In this document: one piece after another, positions 40,198 to 50,197 of the stretch
Layout: every line of letters starts with the position of its first letter
Position numbering within the stretch: position 1 is the first letter of the stretch
From: Polyangiaceae bacterium
GTDB lineage: Bacteria > Myxococcota_A > Polyangia > Polyangiales > Polyangiaceae
DNA: 64,000 nucleotides
Direction: 5' to 3'
Assembly (NCBI GenBank): GCA_965222375.1
Contig: CBDCTZ010000016.1
Span: forward strand, 1,024,001 to 1,088,000
The notes under the pieces: generated by a model
The model's input: only the letters and a program-made list of their open reading frames with translations
What the model was told of the DNA's origin: nothing
Databases searched by the model: none
Made by a program: the position numbers and the translations under genes

Positions 40198-40649
40198 CCC
40201 ACGCGTCCGATTCAGAGTTGCACCGGCAACTCTGAAATGTCGCCCCCGGCCCGCTTCCCACGTGTCCGATTCAGAGTTGCACCGGCAACCCTGAAATGTC
40301 GCCCCCGGCCCGCTTCCCACGTGTCCGATTCAGAGTTGCACCGGCAACTCTGAAATGTCGCCCCCGGCCCGCTTCCCACGTGTCCGATTCAAAGTTGCAC
40401 CGGCAACTCTGAAACGTCGCCCCCGACCCTCCTCTCACGTGTCCGATTCAGAGTTGCACCGGCAACTCTGAAATGTCGCCTCCGACCCTCCTCCCACATG
40501 TCCGATTCAGAGTTGCACCGGCAACTCTGAAACGTCGCCTCCGACCCGTCTCCCACGTGTCCAATTCAGAGTTGCACCGGCAACTCTGAAACGTCGCCTC
40601 CGACCCTCCTCCCACGCGTTCAATTCAGGGTTGCACCCGCAGCTCTGAC
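40198..40649. repeat. Tandem array of 8 x 59-bp palindromic units
   Basis: ttcagagttgc-accg-gcaactctgaa hairpin begins at 40211, 40270, 40329, 40388, 40447, 40506, 40565 and 40624 (last degenerate). Confidence 0.95.
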
Positions 40650-40727
40650 AGGGCCGCCCTGAAATCCCTGGGCATGGCTGGCTGCTCCTCGCCCGATGGG
40701 CACCTTTCGGCTAGGCTCGCCGCCGTC

Positions 40728-41543
40728 ATGCTTCGCCGCTCCGGGCTCGCACTCACTTTGCTGCTCTGCGCTCCGCCGGCGGCTGCCGACGGGGAGCGAA
40801 AAACGGGCGGGCAGCCCCGGGGCCCCGATCCCCGCCAATTGACCGATCCGGTGCTCGGCCCCTACGTCCGTCCGCCCTACCAGGGCGACGGGGACGACGG
40901 CGATCGGCCAGGGTACGAGGTCGAGGACGAACCCGGGCCCCGCCATCACGGCGGATTCTATCTGCGGCTCGCTGGCGGCATCGGTTTCGCCTCGGACGGC
41001 ATTGAGTCTCAAGGCAAGGAGTTCAAGAACATCGAGACGGGAGACCCCACGAGCTTCGATGCTCGCGCGTCGGGTTTCGCTTTTGCCACGGAGCTGGCGG
41101 TTGGTTTCTCGCCTTTTGCGGGGTTCGCCATCACTGCGGGGGCCTATACCGCCACGATGCCGTCGTCTTCTTCGTCGGGCAACGATGTTGGTCGAGGCGA
41201 CTACGAGTTTGAATTGACGCAGTTGGCCCTGTTCGCGCCCGGCGTGGACTACTACATCTTCCCGACTGGCGGGCTGCACTTTCAGGCAGGGTTCGGCTTG
41301 GCCACCGTGGTCATGGGCCAGGCATTGCCCAAAGAGAGCGGGGACGATGCGCGGGCGCACACCGCGGTTGGGCCCGGCTTCGTCGTCGGCGTCGGGCATG
41401 ATTGGTTCGTAGGGGACGAATGGAGCTTGGGTCTCTCAGGACGCTTCATATACGCCTGGACCAGTGGCTCGGATCCCGAAGGGGTCGAGTGGAAGCACAA
41501 GTCCTACGCCCCCACGCTGATGATGACCGCCACCTATCACTGA
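40728..41543 (+). CDS. Putative outer-membrane beta-barrel protein
   Basis: Signal peptide, HHGGFYLRLAGGIG, alternating beta strands, C-terminal ATYH. Confidence 0.7.
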   Translation: MLRRSGLALTLLLCAPPAAADGERKTGGQPRGPDPRQLTDPVLGPYVRPPYQGDGDDGDRPGYEVEDEPGPRHHGGFYLRLAGGIGFASDGIESQGKEFKNIETGDPTSFDARASGFAFATELAVGFSPFAGFAITAGAYTATMPSSSSSGNDVGRGDYEFELTQLALFAPGVDYYIFPTGGLHFQAGFGLATVVMGQALPKESGDDARAHTAVGPGFVVGVGHDWFVGDEWSLGLSGRFIYAWTSGSDPEGVEWKHKSYAPTLMMTATYH

Positions 41544-41593
41544 CACCGTGGCGACCCGCCGCCACAGCAGCACGTCGCGCTTGATGGGAGGCA

Positions 41594-41641
41594 AACAGGA
41601 AGGATGGAAGGTCGGGAAGGGTTTTTGGGTCTGTTCGGATC
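41594..41641. repeat. Purine-rich REP-like element, copy A
   Basis: aacaggaaggatggaaggtcgggaagg...tttgggtctgttcggatc; inverted homologue at 50068..50119. Confidence 0.7.
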
Positions 41642-41686
41642 CGTGGCTCCAAGCAGAGGAACCTGGCCTCGACTGGACCACCGCAC

Positions 41687-42292
41687 TCAGAAGTGACCCA
41701 CCAAGTCCAGGCCGGTCATGTGCGGTCCGAGGCGCGGCGTGATGTGCAGCTTTGCCTGCGCGGGGGTGCGAACGATCTGTGACCCACTGCTGGCGACGCC
41801 GCCAATGATGAGAATGGCGCCCGCTGCCTGAAACACGCCATCGGCGATGATGAGCCCCTTTTCACCGGCGCCGTTCACCTGGCTCAGGCTGAGCCAAGGG
41901 CCGGCGATCGGGGCGTACATCGCGGACAGCTTGCCCGGCAGCGTGACGGCGGACACATAGGCGCCCGCGTAGCCAATCGAGAAGAACACGATCCCCGTGT
42001 GGCGCGCCGTCGCGCCGGGATCCGAGAAGCTGGTCCGAGCCTCGTATCCCGGAGGCGGAGCTTCGCCCTTGGGTATCACTCGCTCCACGCACTCGCCCTC
42101 CTCGCAGCGCCCGCTGGCACAGTCACGCGCACTCGTGCACACCTTGCCTAGGGCACAGGGGGGACAATCACCGCCGCAATCCACGTCCGCCTCAGGGCCG
42201 TTCTTGATCCCGTCGTGGCAGCTCTGCCCCGCAGAGCTGGGAGCCGACAGCAGCATCACGGCTAGAGCGATGCACGTGCGCGAGCGAAGCAT
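41687..42292 (-). CDS. Hypothetical exported protein with Cys-rich repeat
   Basis: Signal peptide, CHDGIKNG.EADVDCGG.C..C repeat, hydrophobic C-terminal helices. Confidence 0.75.
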   Translation of the reverse strand: MLRSRTCIALAVMLLSAPSSAGQSCHDGIKNGPEADVDCGGDCPPCALGKVCTSARDCASGRCEEGECVERVIPKGEAPPPGYEARTSFSDPGATARHTGIVFFSIGYAGAYVSAVTLPGKLSAMYAPIAGPWLSLSQVNGAGEKGLIIADGVFQAAGAILIIGGVASSGSQIVRTPAQAKLHITPRLGPHMTGLDLVGHF

Positions 42293-42333
42293 GGCGAGAG
42301 GCTAACCTGAGGTGCGCCGCGGTTCACAAAGAA

Positions 42334-42822
42334 TCAGGGCACGAGGCTGTGCTGGCTGGATGAATCCGGGGAGGTCTTCTTCTCGGGTTCGGGCAGGGGA
42401 GCTTCTGGAGCTCCGCTTGCGGCCAGAGCCGTCCCCGGAGGTGAAGGTGACGGAGCCGAGTTTTTCGTACGCTGGCCCAGCTCGAACCATCCGCGATCGA
42501 GTAGGGCGCGGCGGTCCGATCGCAAGGAGCCAGGATTGGCGCGCTCGACCTCGTAGGCGTAGGCGAGCCAGCGATGTGCGTGATTCAGATCGCCGAGGAC
42601 CAACAGGGTCATGCCGCGATACAGGCCGTACTCAGCGCGCTCTTTCGGCGTGTATTCGCCGAGGCGTCGCTCCGTGCGCTCGAAGACTTCCGCCGCTTCT
42701 ATGTAGCGTCCATCGGCATAGAGTGTGCCACCGCGCTGCACGTAGTTGCCACAGCCAGCGACCACGGCGACCAGTAGTGCCGGGACGAGCACTGAGCACA
42801 CGGACAGCGCAGTTCGACCCAT
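42334..42822 (-). CDS. Hypothetical TPR-like lipoprotein (paralogue of 61129..61629)
   Basis: Lipobox VAGC; RG..LY...RGMT...WLA...PG.L pattern shared with the 61-kb gene. Confidence 0.75.
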   Translation of the reverse strand: MGRTALSVCSVLVPALLVAVVAGCGNYVQRGGTLYADGRYIEAAEVFERTERRLGEYTPKERAEYGLYRGMTLLVLGDLNHAHRWLAYAYEVERANPGSLRSDRRALLDRGWFELGQRTKNSAPSPSPPGTALAASGAPEAPLPEPEKKTSPDSSSQHSLVP

Positions 42823-42948
42823 ACCCACAGGATAGCGATACTTGCCAGGTCGCGCTACTCGCCCAGAGCCCGGGATTTTAGCGTCCAGTTTTGCGCTCTA
42901 TCAGGAGCCTTGCCGCGCTGCCTGGCGCGCTGTATCGCGCCTGTCGAC

Positions 42949-43227
42949 ATGGGAATCAAAGACAAGGTCAAGAAACGCGGTCTGGAGCTGATGGGTGACC
43001 CGCGGGTCATCAAGCTGATGCAGAACGAGCAGTTCATGAAGGCGATGATGACCGTCGTTCAAGTGCCTGGGAAGGTCGAGACCTTCACCGTGGAACAGAC
43101 GACGCGTTTCGCAAAAAACATGCGTCTCGCGACGGCAGAGGATCACAAGACCTTGAAACGCCAGGTCAAGAACCTCGAGGCTGAGGTCGCGAAGCTCAAG
43201 AAGCAGCTTGCTGCCCCGAAAAAGTAG
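42949..43227 (+). CDS. Small hypothetical coiled-coil protein
   Basis: MGIKDKVKKRGLELMGDPRV...; coiled-coil C-terminus. Confidence 0.7.
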   Translation: MGIKDKVKKRGLELMGDPRVIKLMQNEQFMKAMMTVVQVPGKVETFTVEQTTRFAKNMRLATAEDHKTLKRQVKNLEAEVAKLKKQLAAPKK

Positions 43228-44299
43228 CGTCCTCCGCGGTTTGGCTGCGAAGCCAGTCGTCGATCAGCCGCCACGTGAGCCGCGGGGCTTGGCGCCCAAC
43301 CAGCATGTCCACGTGGCCGAAGGGCAACTGTCGGTAGGTCTTGTCGGTGGACCGCGAACGGGCAAAAGCGGGTTGAACGGATTTCGGTGGGGCCAGATCG
43401 TCGAAGCGGCCTGAGATGACCAGTAGAGGCTTGTCGAGGTCTTCGAACTGGCGCGCGTATCCGAACAGGCCGGCGTCCGCGTCGCCGCGTTTGGCTTCGC
43501 GGGCTCGGGAAAACATACCGCGCATGGTGGAGAGGCTGCCGATGTCCATCGCAAGAGCCATGTGTTCCCGCAGCACCTTTTCCTCGACGGATCCCCGATG
43601 AAAGCCACGCAATGGCAGAGGATAGAGTCGACTGTCGACGATGCGCCTGGCTCGGCGCACGAACCAACCATACGTGCGCGCTGGCACCGGTAGGTTGGGC
43701 AGGTCGAGCCTGGCGTCCAGGGTCAGCAGGGCTCCCCCGAGCAAAGTGAGCCAGGGGGAGCCGCGAGTGAAGTGGTACGGAGCCCCCAGAGTCACCACAC
43801 CAGCGACGCGCTCCTCTTCCTCCACGGCGCTGCAATAGGACACGATCCCCCCGAGGGAATGACCCAGGAGGTAGACTGGACCCGGGCCACCAAGTTCCTC
43901 GATCACGTCCAGCGCCGCGGGCACGTCGTGGTGCACGAAGTCCAGCACCGTGCCGGGCCGTTCTGCGCCAAGGTGCGCGCTACGGCCACGGCCTCGCAGG
44001 TCCACGTTGAAGACGTCGAATCCCGAACGTGCCAAGTGGTTGACCAGGCTGCGCGATGGCAGGTGAAAGGCGTAGCGGTTCTGCCCATAGCCGTGGATCA
44101 GTAGCAGCGAGGCTCGGGTGGGCAGGGCGAAGGTCTCCGGGTCGACACCCTCGGGAGCGCGCCCCGGTGGCACCTTCGCCGCCCGCTTGCGCACCATCGC
44201 AATGGGCACCCGGCTGCGGGCCAGGAGCAGCTGCTTGATGAACACCCCGCGGCTGTCGATGTCGACAGCCTGTTCCACGAGTCGTGTGTTCAGAATCAT
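43196..44299 (-). CDS. Alpha/beta hydrolase
   Basis: HGYGQN, DLRGRG, GHSLGG nucleophile elbow, DDLAP, GHVD. Confidence 0.9.
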   Translation of the reverse strand: MILNTRLVEQAVDIDSRGVFIKQLLLARSRVPIAMVRKRAAKVPPGRAPEGVDPETFALPTRASLLLIHGYGQNRYAFHLPSRSLVNHLARSGFDVFNVDLRGRGRSAHLGAERPGTVLDFVHHDVPAALDVIEELGGPGPVYLLGHSLGGIVSYCSAVEEEERVAGVVTLGAPYHFTRGSPWLTLLGGALLTLDARLDLPNLPVPARTYGWFVRRARRIVDSRLYPLPLRGFHRGSVEEKVLREHMALAMDIGSLSTMRGMFSRAREAKRGDADAGLFGYARQFEDLDKPLLVISGRFDDLAPPKSVQPAFARSRSTDKTYRQLPFGHVDMLVGRQAPRLTWRLIDDWLRSQTAEDATFSGQQAAS

Positions 44300-44449
44300 G
44301 CTGCCGACACAGGTTTGCCCTCAGTCGGCTCACTCGTCCAGCTCGATGTGCCCGAAAAAACGGCGCTTTGCAACAGCACACTGTGCCATGGCACAATGCG
44401 CTCACCTTTGGCACTAGTCGGCACATTCGGAGGGTGGAGGGACGAGGTA

Positions 44450-45391
44450 ATGCGTACGATGCGAGTTTATTTCTGTGCACTGGTCGTGGCCCTGTTTGGC
44501 GCGACGCCGGCTTGGGCCCAAGGAGCTGACGATGCAGACCCGCCGGCTGCGGAGCCTGAGGCGGGCGGTGGGGAAGCCGCCGCTGGTGAAGAGGCGGCCG
44601 GTGGTGATGCGGCGGCTGGCGAGGGCCACGACACGGGCGAGGCCGAAGCCAAAGCCGAGGCGACGGACACCGACGAGAAGAAGGCCGAGCGCGCGGAGGC
44701 CATGGAGGATGCGGCCGGCGCCGACTCCCCCATCGAAGAGCCTGGCAAGACCTACCACTTCGTCGGCTTGCGCTACCGCGGCATCATCGTGCCCAAGTTC
44801 ATGATGAACCTCTTCGGCGACGGCGGACGCACGGTCTACAACCATGCCGTCGGACCCGAGTTCACGATCCGCAAAGACGGCTTCGAGTACGTGTTCAGCC
44901 TTTGGTACGCGTCCTACGCCATGAAGCCGACGCCGTTCAAGTCCAGTTCGGATCCGGAGCTGGCTTGGGAAATCGTCGAGAGCAAGCTGAACTCGATCTT
45001 CCTGACCTCGGACTTCTTGTGGAGCAGCGAGCTGTCGCCGGAGTTTTCATTGAACTACGGTATGGGTGCCGGCTTCGGCATCATCTTTGGTGATCTGATC
45101 CGGGAGCAGTCCTACCCCGTCAGCGGTCAGCCCGGCGACCCCTACGACTACGAGCCTTGCGTTGCCCAGGGCATCCCCGACCCAAACTACTGTGGTACGG
45201 ACAACGATCACTACAATGGCTTCACAGAGCCCAGCTGGGCAGACGGCGGTTCCAAACCGATTATCTTCCCCTGGCTCGTTGCGCAGACCGGGTTTCGCTA
45301 CAAGCCGCACAAGAACTTCGCTGCGCGCTTGGACGCCGGCTTCGGCACGACGGGTTTCTTCGTCGGCCTGGCCGGCAACTACGGGCTCTGA
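44450..45391 (+). CDS. Hypothetical exported/outer-membrane protein
   Basis: Signal peptide, acidic linker, beta-rich C-terminus ending NYGL. Confidence 0.75.
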   Translation: MRTMRVYFCALVVALFGATPAWAQGADDADPPAAEPEAGGGEAAAGEEAAGGDAAAGEGHDTGEAEAKAEATDTDEKKAERAEAMEDAAGADSPIEEPGKTYHFVGLRYRGIIVPKFMMNLFGDGGRTVYNHAVGPEFTIRKDGFEYVFSLWYASYAMKPTPFKSSSDPELAWEIVESKLNSIFLTSDFLWSSELSPEFSLNYGMGAGFGIIFGDLIREQSYPVSGQPGDPYDYEPCVAQGIPDPNYCGTDNDHYNGFTEPSWADGGSKPIIFPWLVAQTGFRYKPHKNFAARLDAGFGTTGFFVGLAGNYGL

Positions 45392-45410
45392 GGCCGCGTA
45401 GTCGAAGCCC

Positions 45411-48400
45411 ATGAACGCGCCTGCGCTGACGCTTCCGGATCGCTACCAAGCCATCGCATGCCTCGGTCAGGGCGGAGGGGGCGAGGTTTGGTCGGTTCGG
45501 GACCGTCACGCGGGCACCCGCGCAGCCCTCAAGGTGCTGTCCTCGGATGCGAGCGGGCGGGAAATGGCCGCTTTGGTCCGCGAAGCCGTCGCCCTCTCCG
45601 GCTTGGAGGGTCTCGGGGTGCCCCGAGTGCTCGCCTTTGGTCGCTTGGGCGACGGCCGCCCCTACATGGTGCGCGAGCTGGTCGAGGGCCAGAGCTTGCA
45701 GGACTTGATCGAGCAGCGGTCGGACCCCATGGCGGCGCTCGAGGCGCTGGCCGGCGCGGCGGATCAGCTGACGGTTGTGCACCGTTCCGGGCTTCTGCAT
45801 GGCGACTTCAAGCCAGCGAACGTGATCGTCGAGCCCGGGGGGCAAGCGACCCTCGTGGACTTGGGGCTCGCGGCTCCGTGGCGCGAACAGGGGACTCAGC
45901 CCGAGGGCTTGACACCACGCTACGCCGCGCCGGAACTGTTTCAGGGTCGCCCGCTCACGGTACGCGCCGAGATCTACGCCCTTGGTGTGGCGCTGATCGA
46001 AGCCTTGGAGGCGACGGAGCGCATGGCACCCAAGGCGAGGGAGCGACTGGACGCCGTCGCGCAGCGCGCCACCGAGTCGGACCCCAACAAGCGCTACCCC
46101 TCGGCGGATGAGTTCGCCGCCGCTCTGCGCCACGCCGCGGGGGTCGGGGGCAGCAGTAGCCACCACGAACAGCCCGGGCTGTGGCCGGTGGTGGGGATGG
46201 ATTCGACGGCCAACTCGCTGCTCGAAGCGGTTCGTGGCCTGCCCCGGGGCTCCTGCCTGCGCGTCGCGGGTCCCCCCGGCGCAGGGCGAAGCGCGCTGCT
46301 GCGTCGTACGGCTTGGTCGCTGGGCATCGAAGGCAAGCCTCTGGTTTGGCTAGACGAGCACATCGCCGCAGCTCCCCGCGCGGTAGAAGCGGAATTGGCG
46401 TCGATCGACTCCTTCGCTGGCGTCACCGTGTTGGTGGACGATGCAGACGCTCTAGATGACCAAGCGTGGTCCGCATTGCTCAAGAGTCGTGATGCGGGGG
46501 CGAAGCTGGTGGCGGCGGGCGGTGAGCGTCTGGGCAATGTGGCGAAGATCTTCGAAATCCCGCCTTTGGACGACGCTGCGGCGACGGATCTGGTGCGCCG
46601 AGCGATCCCGTCGCTGACCGAATCGCTGGTGGAGCGCGTGGTCGAAGCGAGCGGCTGTCGCCCTGGCGAACTTCGACGAATCGTACGCGCGCTGGCCAGC
46701 GAAGCTGTGGCCTCCCAAGCGGACATCGCGCAGATCCTCTCCGAAAACGTTCTCGTGGCTCAGGAGCTGCCAGAACAACCTTTGGAGCGCGCCCAGTACT
46801 TCCTCGATCGGGGTCGCTACAATGACGCTCGCGCCGTACTCGAGGTGCTGGACGAACCTGAGTCCCTGAGCGTGGCGGTGGTGCGAGCGCGTCTGGCGAT
46901 CGGTTTGGGCGAAGCCGCCAAAGCGCTCGAGATCTTGCGTGGAGTCGAGAAGCAGGCGCAGAAGCAACCCAAGAGCGAGTTGGGCAAGACCTGGCGCGTC
47001 ATCTTGGCGCGAGCGCATTTCGGCATGGGCGAGTACGAGCAAACCCTCAGCTTGGCCCAACCCCTGTTGGAAGAAGCCGGCGCCCTGGGCGCCGAAGCCC
47101 TCGCATTCCGTGGCGCAGCGCTCTCCTTCCTGGGTCGACACGAAGAGGCAGAGACGGATATGCAGCGGGCGGTGGAGCACGCCCGCAAGGCCGGCCTGCC
47201 TCGTGCGGAGGCCGTTGCCCTGGCGTGCCTGGGCGTGGCCTTGCAGCGCAGCGATCGCGCTGATGGCGCGAAGGAAGCGTATCAAAGCGGCGTAGATGCC
47301 GCCGAGCGCGCCGGCGATGCAGGAATGATGGCGACGCTCCAGCTGAACCTAGCGGGGTTGCTGAAGATCCAAGGGGACATCGCGGGCGCGATCGAGCGTT
47401 TCGAGGCCGCCCTCGACATGGGCAAGCGCTCGGGACGTCGCTCGACGATGCGGATGGCGCTGCTGAATCTCGCCAACACGGATCTCTATCTAGGCCGACT
47501 TGCGCGGGCCCGAACCAGCATCGAGTTCTTGGGGGCCGAGCGCGAGAACTTGCCCCCCACTCAGGTTGCGCAGTTCTTGGGTCTGCGCGCCGAGTTGGAA
47601 GCGAAGCAAGCGGCGCTGGTGGACTCCGAAGCTTCCTACGAGGAATGCGCTAGAGCTTACGAGGCTCTGGCCCGTTTCCACGATGCTGCGGAGGCGCGAC
47701 TGGAAGGGGTCCTGTTGGCGTCCCGGGTCGACTTGCCGGATGTGGGCGCGCTGCGCGGCCGCTTCGAGCAAGCAAAAGAGCAACTGGGTGACACGCCGGT
47801 GCATCGCCCTCTGTTGTGTCTGTGTGCCGCCCGCATTGCATGGCTGGTGGGGGACGAAACCGACGCCCGAGCGCGAATCGACGAAGCGCTCGAGGCCTCC
47901 CGCAAGGGCGGACAGCGGGAATGGTTGTGGCGCTCCTTGGAGGCTCGAGCAGAACTCGAAGAAGACGGCGGGCAACCCATGCGCGCGCGTCGAGATCGGG
48001 AAGAAGCCCTGGCGGTGCTGGAGGGGATTGGGGAGCGCCTGCCTCGGGATCTGCGCGAGGTCTACTGGAACGATCCCCGGCGGCGGACTCTGCGTGAGAG
48101 CGTGCAGGGCGAGCTGTCTGTCGCGCCGACGGCGCACGCACCCATCGATCTCCTTGCCAAGGCGGGGGGCCCCAGGACCCTGAAGGCGGCAAGCCGGACG
48201 AGCGTATCCAGCTTGACGGTTACGCCCCTGGAGCAGCGTTTAGCGCGGCTGCTTGAAGTGAACGCCGAGCTCGCCGGCGAGATGGACCTGGACCGCCTGA
48301 CGGCACGCATCACCGACTACGCCGTCGAACTGCTGCGCGCGGAGCGGGGGTTCGTGTTGCTGTTGGAAGAAGACGGCACGTTGACGGTGCACGCGTCGCG

Positions 48401-49871
48401 GCTTCGTGCCGAAGGCGAGCACGCTGAGTTCTCCCGTTCCATTGCGCGCACCGTCGTGACGAAGGGCGAGCCCATGGTCAGCCTCAGCGCCCAGAACGAT
48501 GCGCGCTTGAAGGGCTACGCGAGTGTGCATCAGTTGATGTTGAGCTCCGTGGCGTGTGTACCCATTCTGGCGCCCACGGGCAGCGCCATCGGCGCGCTCT
48601 ATGTCGAGACGCACACTCGCTCGGGCAGCCACTTCGAGCAAGAGCTGCCCATGCTCCGCGCCTTCGCGGACCAAGTTGCCATCGCCATCGAAACCGCGCG
48701 CCTGATTGGCGAGAACAAGCGTCGCGCGGACGAGCTGGAGGCGGCCAACCACGAGCTGGAGGAGGCCCAGGGGCGACTGCGGGAGCTATTGGGCGAGCGG
48801 ACCAAGAAGTTGAATGCCGCGCGGCGCAAGCTGCGGGACGCTCGTGACACCCTCTATGGCCACTTTGGCTACCAAGACTTGGTTGGCACGAGCGACGCCA
48901 TGCGTCGGGTGTACTCGCTCATCGATCGCGTCAAAGACACGGACGTTCCGATTCTGATCACGGGCGAAAGCGGTACGGGCAAAGAGGTCGTGGCCCGCGC
49001 CATTCACAATGCTTCACAGCGCTCGAAGAAGAAGTTTCTCGGGGTCAACTGTGGAGCGATCCCCGAGCACCTCTTGGAGAGCGAACTCTTTGGCAATGTG
49101 CGCGGCGCCTTCACCGGCGCGGACAAGGAGCGTAAGGGGCTGATCCGTGAAGGGGAGGGCGGCACTGTCCTGCTCGACGAGATTGGCGAGATGCCCCAAA
49201 AGATGCAGGCCAGCATGCTTCGGGTGCTGCAAGAGCGAAAAGTGCGCCCTGTGGGAGGAAGCGACGAAGAGCATGTAGACGTGCGGCTGATCTTCGCCAC
49301 CAATCGCGAATTGGAAGCGATGGTGAAGGAAGGCACGTTCCGTGAAGATCTCTACTACCGAATTCACGTGGTTGAAGTGGCGCTGCCGCCACTGAGGGAC
49401 CGAACCGAAGACGTGCCCCAGCTGGTCGACTTCTTCTTGGGGATCTTTTCCGCTCGCTACAAGCGAGAGAAGGGCACCGTGTCACGAACTGCCATGCGAC
49501 GGCTGACTGCGTTCTCCTGGCCGGGCAACGTTCGGCAGCTGGAGCATGTCCTGCTCAATGCTTGGGTGCTATCCGAGCATGCTGAACTGAACGTGGAGGA
49601 CTTCGACCTTCCCGACGCCATGCAGCAGCAGATGCGGGAACGCCGCCTGAGCGAACGCCCGCCACCGCCTAGTTCTATGGCGCCAAGCGCGCTGCCACCG
49701 AGCTCTGGCCGCCCGCCAAAGAGTACGGCAAGTCAGCATCGCCGTGACGAGCGGGAGCGGATCTTGAAAGCGCTGCAAGCCTGCAATTGGAATCGGGTGA
49801 AAGCCGCCAAGATGGTCGGCATTCCCCGCCGCACGTTCTACCGCCGCCTCAAAAACCACGGCATTCAGTGA
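45411..49871 (+). CDS. Ser/Thr kinase - TPR - GAF - sigma-54 activator - HTH fusion
   Basis: GQGGGG, HGDFKPANV, DLG, APE; GESGTGKE, ESELFG, GAFTGA, WPGNVRQL; Fis-type HTH. Confidence 0.92.
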   Translation: MNAPALTLPDRYQAIACLGQGGGGEVWSVRDRHAGTRAALKVLSSDASGREMAALVREAVALSGLEGLGVPRVLAFGRLGDGRPYMVRELVEGQSLQDLIEQRSDPMAALEALAGAADQLTVVHRSGLLHGDFKPANVIVEPGGQATLVDLGLAAPWREQGTQPEGLTPRYAAPELFQGRPLTVRAEIYALGVALIEALEATERMAPKARERLDAVAQRATESDPNKRYPSADEFAAALRHAAGVGGSSSHHEQPGLWPVVGMDSTANSLLEAVRGLPRGSCLRVAGPPGAGRSALLRRTAWSLGIEGKPLVWLDEHIAAAPRAVEAELASIDSFAGVTVLVDDADALDDQAWSALLKSRDAGAKLVAAGGERLGNVAKIFEIPPLDDAAATDLVRRAIPSLTESLVERVVEASGCRPGELRRIVRALASEAVASQADIAQILSENVLVAQELPEQPLERAQYFLDRGRYNDARAVLEVLDEPESLSVAVVRARLAIGLGEAAKALEILRGVEKQAQKQPKSELGKTWRVILARAHFGMGEYEQTLSLAQPLLEEAGALGAEALAFRGAALSFLGRHEEAETDMQRAVEHARKAGLPRAEAVALACLGVALQRSDRADGAKEAYQSGVDAAERAGDAGMMATLQLNLAGLLKIQGDIAGAIERFEAALDMGKRSGRRSTMRMALLNLANTDLYLGRLARARTSIEFLGAERENLPPTQVAQFLGLRAELEAKQAALVDSEASYEECARAYEALARFHDAAEARLEGVLLASRVDLPDVGALRGRFEQAKEQLGDTPVHRPLLCLCAARIAWLVGDETDARARIDEALEASRKGGQREWLWRSLEARAELEEDGGQPMRARRDREEALAVLEGIGERLPRDLREVYWNDPRRRTLRESVQGELSVAPTAHAPIDLLAKAGGPRTLKAASRTSVSSLTVTPLEQRLARLLEVNAELAGEMDLDRLTARITDYAVELLRAERGFVLLLEEDGTLTVHASRLRAEGEHAEFSRSIARTVVTKGEPMVSLSAQNDARLKGYASVHQLMLSSVACVPILAPTGSAIGALYVETHTRSGSHFEQELPMLRAFADQVAIAIETARLIGENKRRADELEAANHELEEAQGRLRELLGERTKKLNAARRKLRDARDTLYGHFGYQDLVGTSDAMRRVYSLIDRVKDTDVPILITGESGTGKEVVARAIHNASQRSKKKFLGVNCGAIPEHLLESELFGNVRGAFTGADKERKGLIREGEGGTVLLDEIGEMPQKMQASMLRVLQERKVRPVGGSDEEHVDVRLIFATNRELEAMVKEGTFREDLYYRIHVVEVALPPLRDRTEDVPQLVDFFLGIFSARYKREKGTVSRTAMRRLTAFSWPGNVRQLEHVLLNAWVLSEHAELNVEDFDLPDAMQQQMRERRLSERPPPPSSMAPSALPPSSGRPPKSTASQHRRDERERILKALQACNWNRVKAAKMVGIPRRTFYRRLKNHGIQ

Positions 49872-50067
49872 CGCTGGGTCGCGTCGCGTCTGCGACGTCC
49901 TGGGCCGCCCTTGCTCGATTCAGAGAGGGAACAGGAAGAGGAAGGGGGAATGGGGTTCGCGTCGGCGGGAGGCGGCGGGCCTCGCGTCTTGCGCAGGGCC
50001 ATGCAGAGCGGATGGAGCGGGCTGGGGAAGCGCTTGGACGAGTCCGGTTCCTTTACAAGGAGACATA

Positions 50068-50119
50068 GATCCGAACAGACCCAAACCCTCTTCCTTCCCA
50101 CCCTTCCCGCCCTCCTGTT
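50068..50119. repeat. Purine-rich REP-like element, copy B (inverted)
   Basis: 18-bp exact match gatccgaacagacccaaa to the reverse complement of 41624-41641, plus ggaagg repeats. Confidence 0.7.
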
Positions 50120-50197
50120 CAATCTCTCCGTGCGCACCCGATGGAACCAGTGCGTAATCACAAGTGCTGCGTGGGGCCCTTGGGGCGGCCGAGGGAG

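Noticed and set aside
40198..40649. CRISPR array
   Set aside because: Sequences between the hairpins are near-identical rather than unique spacers, and there are no cas genes in the window
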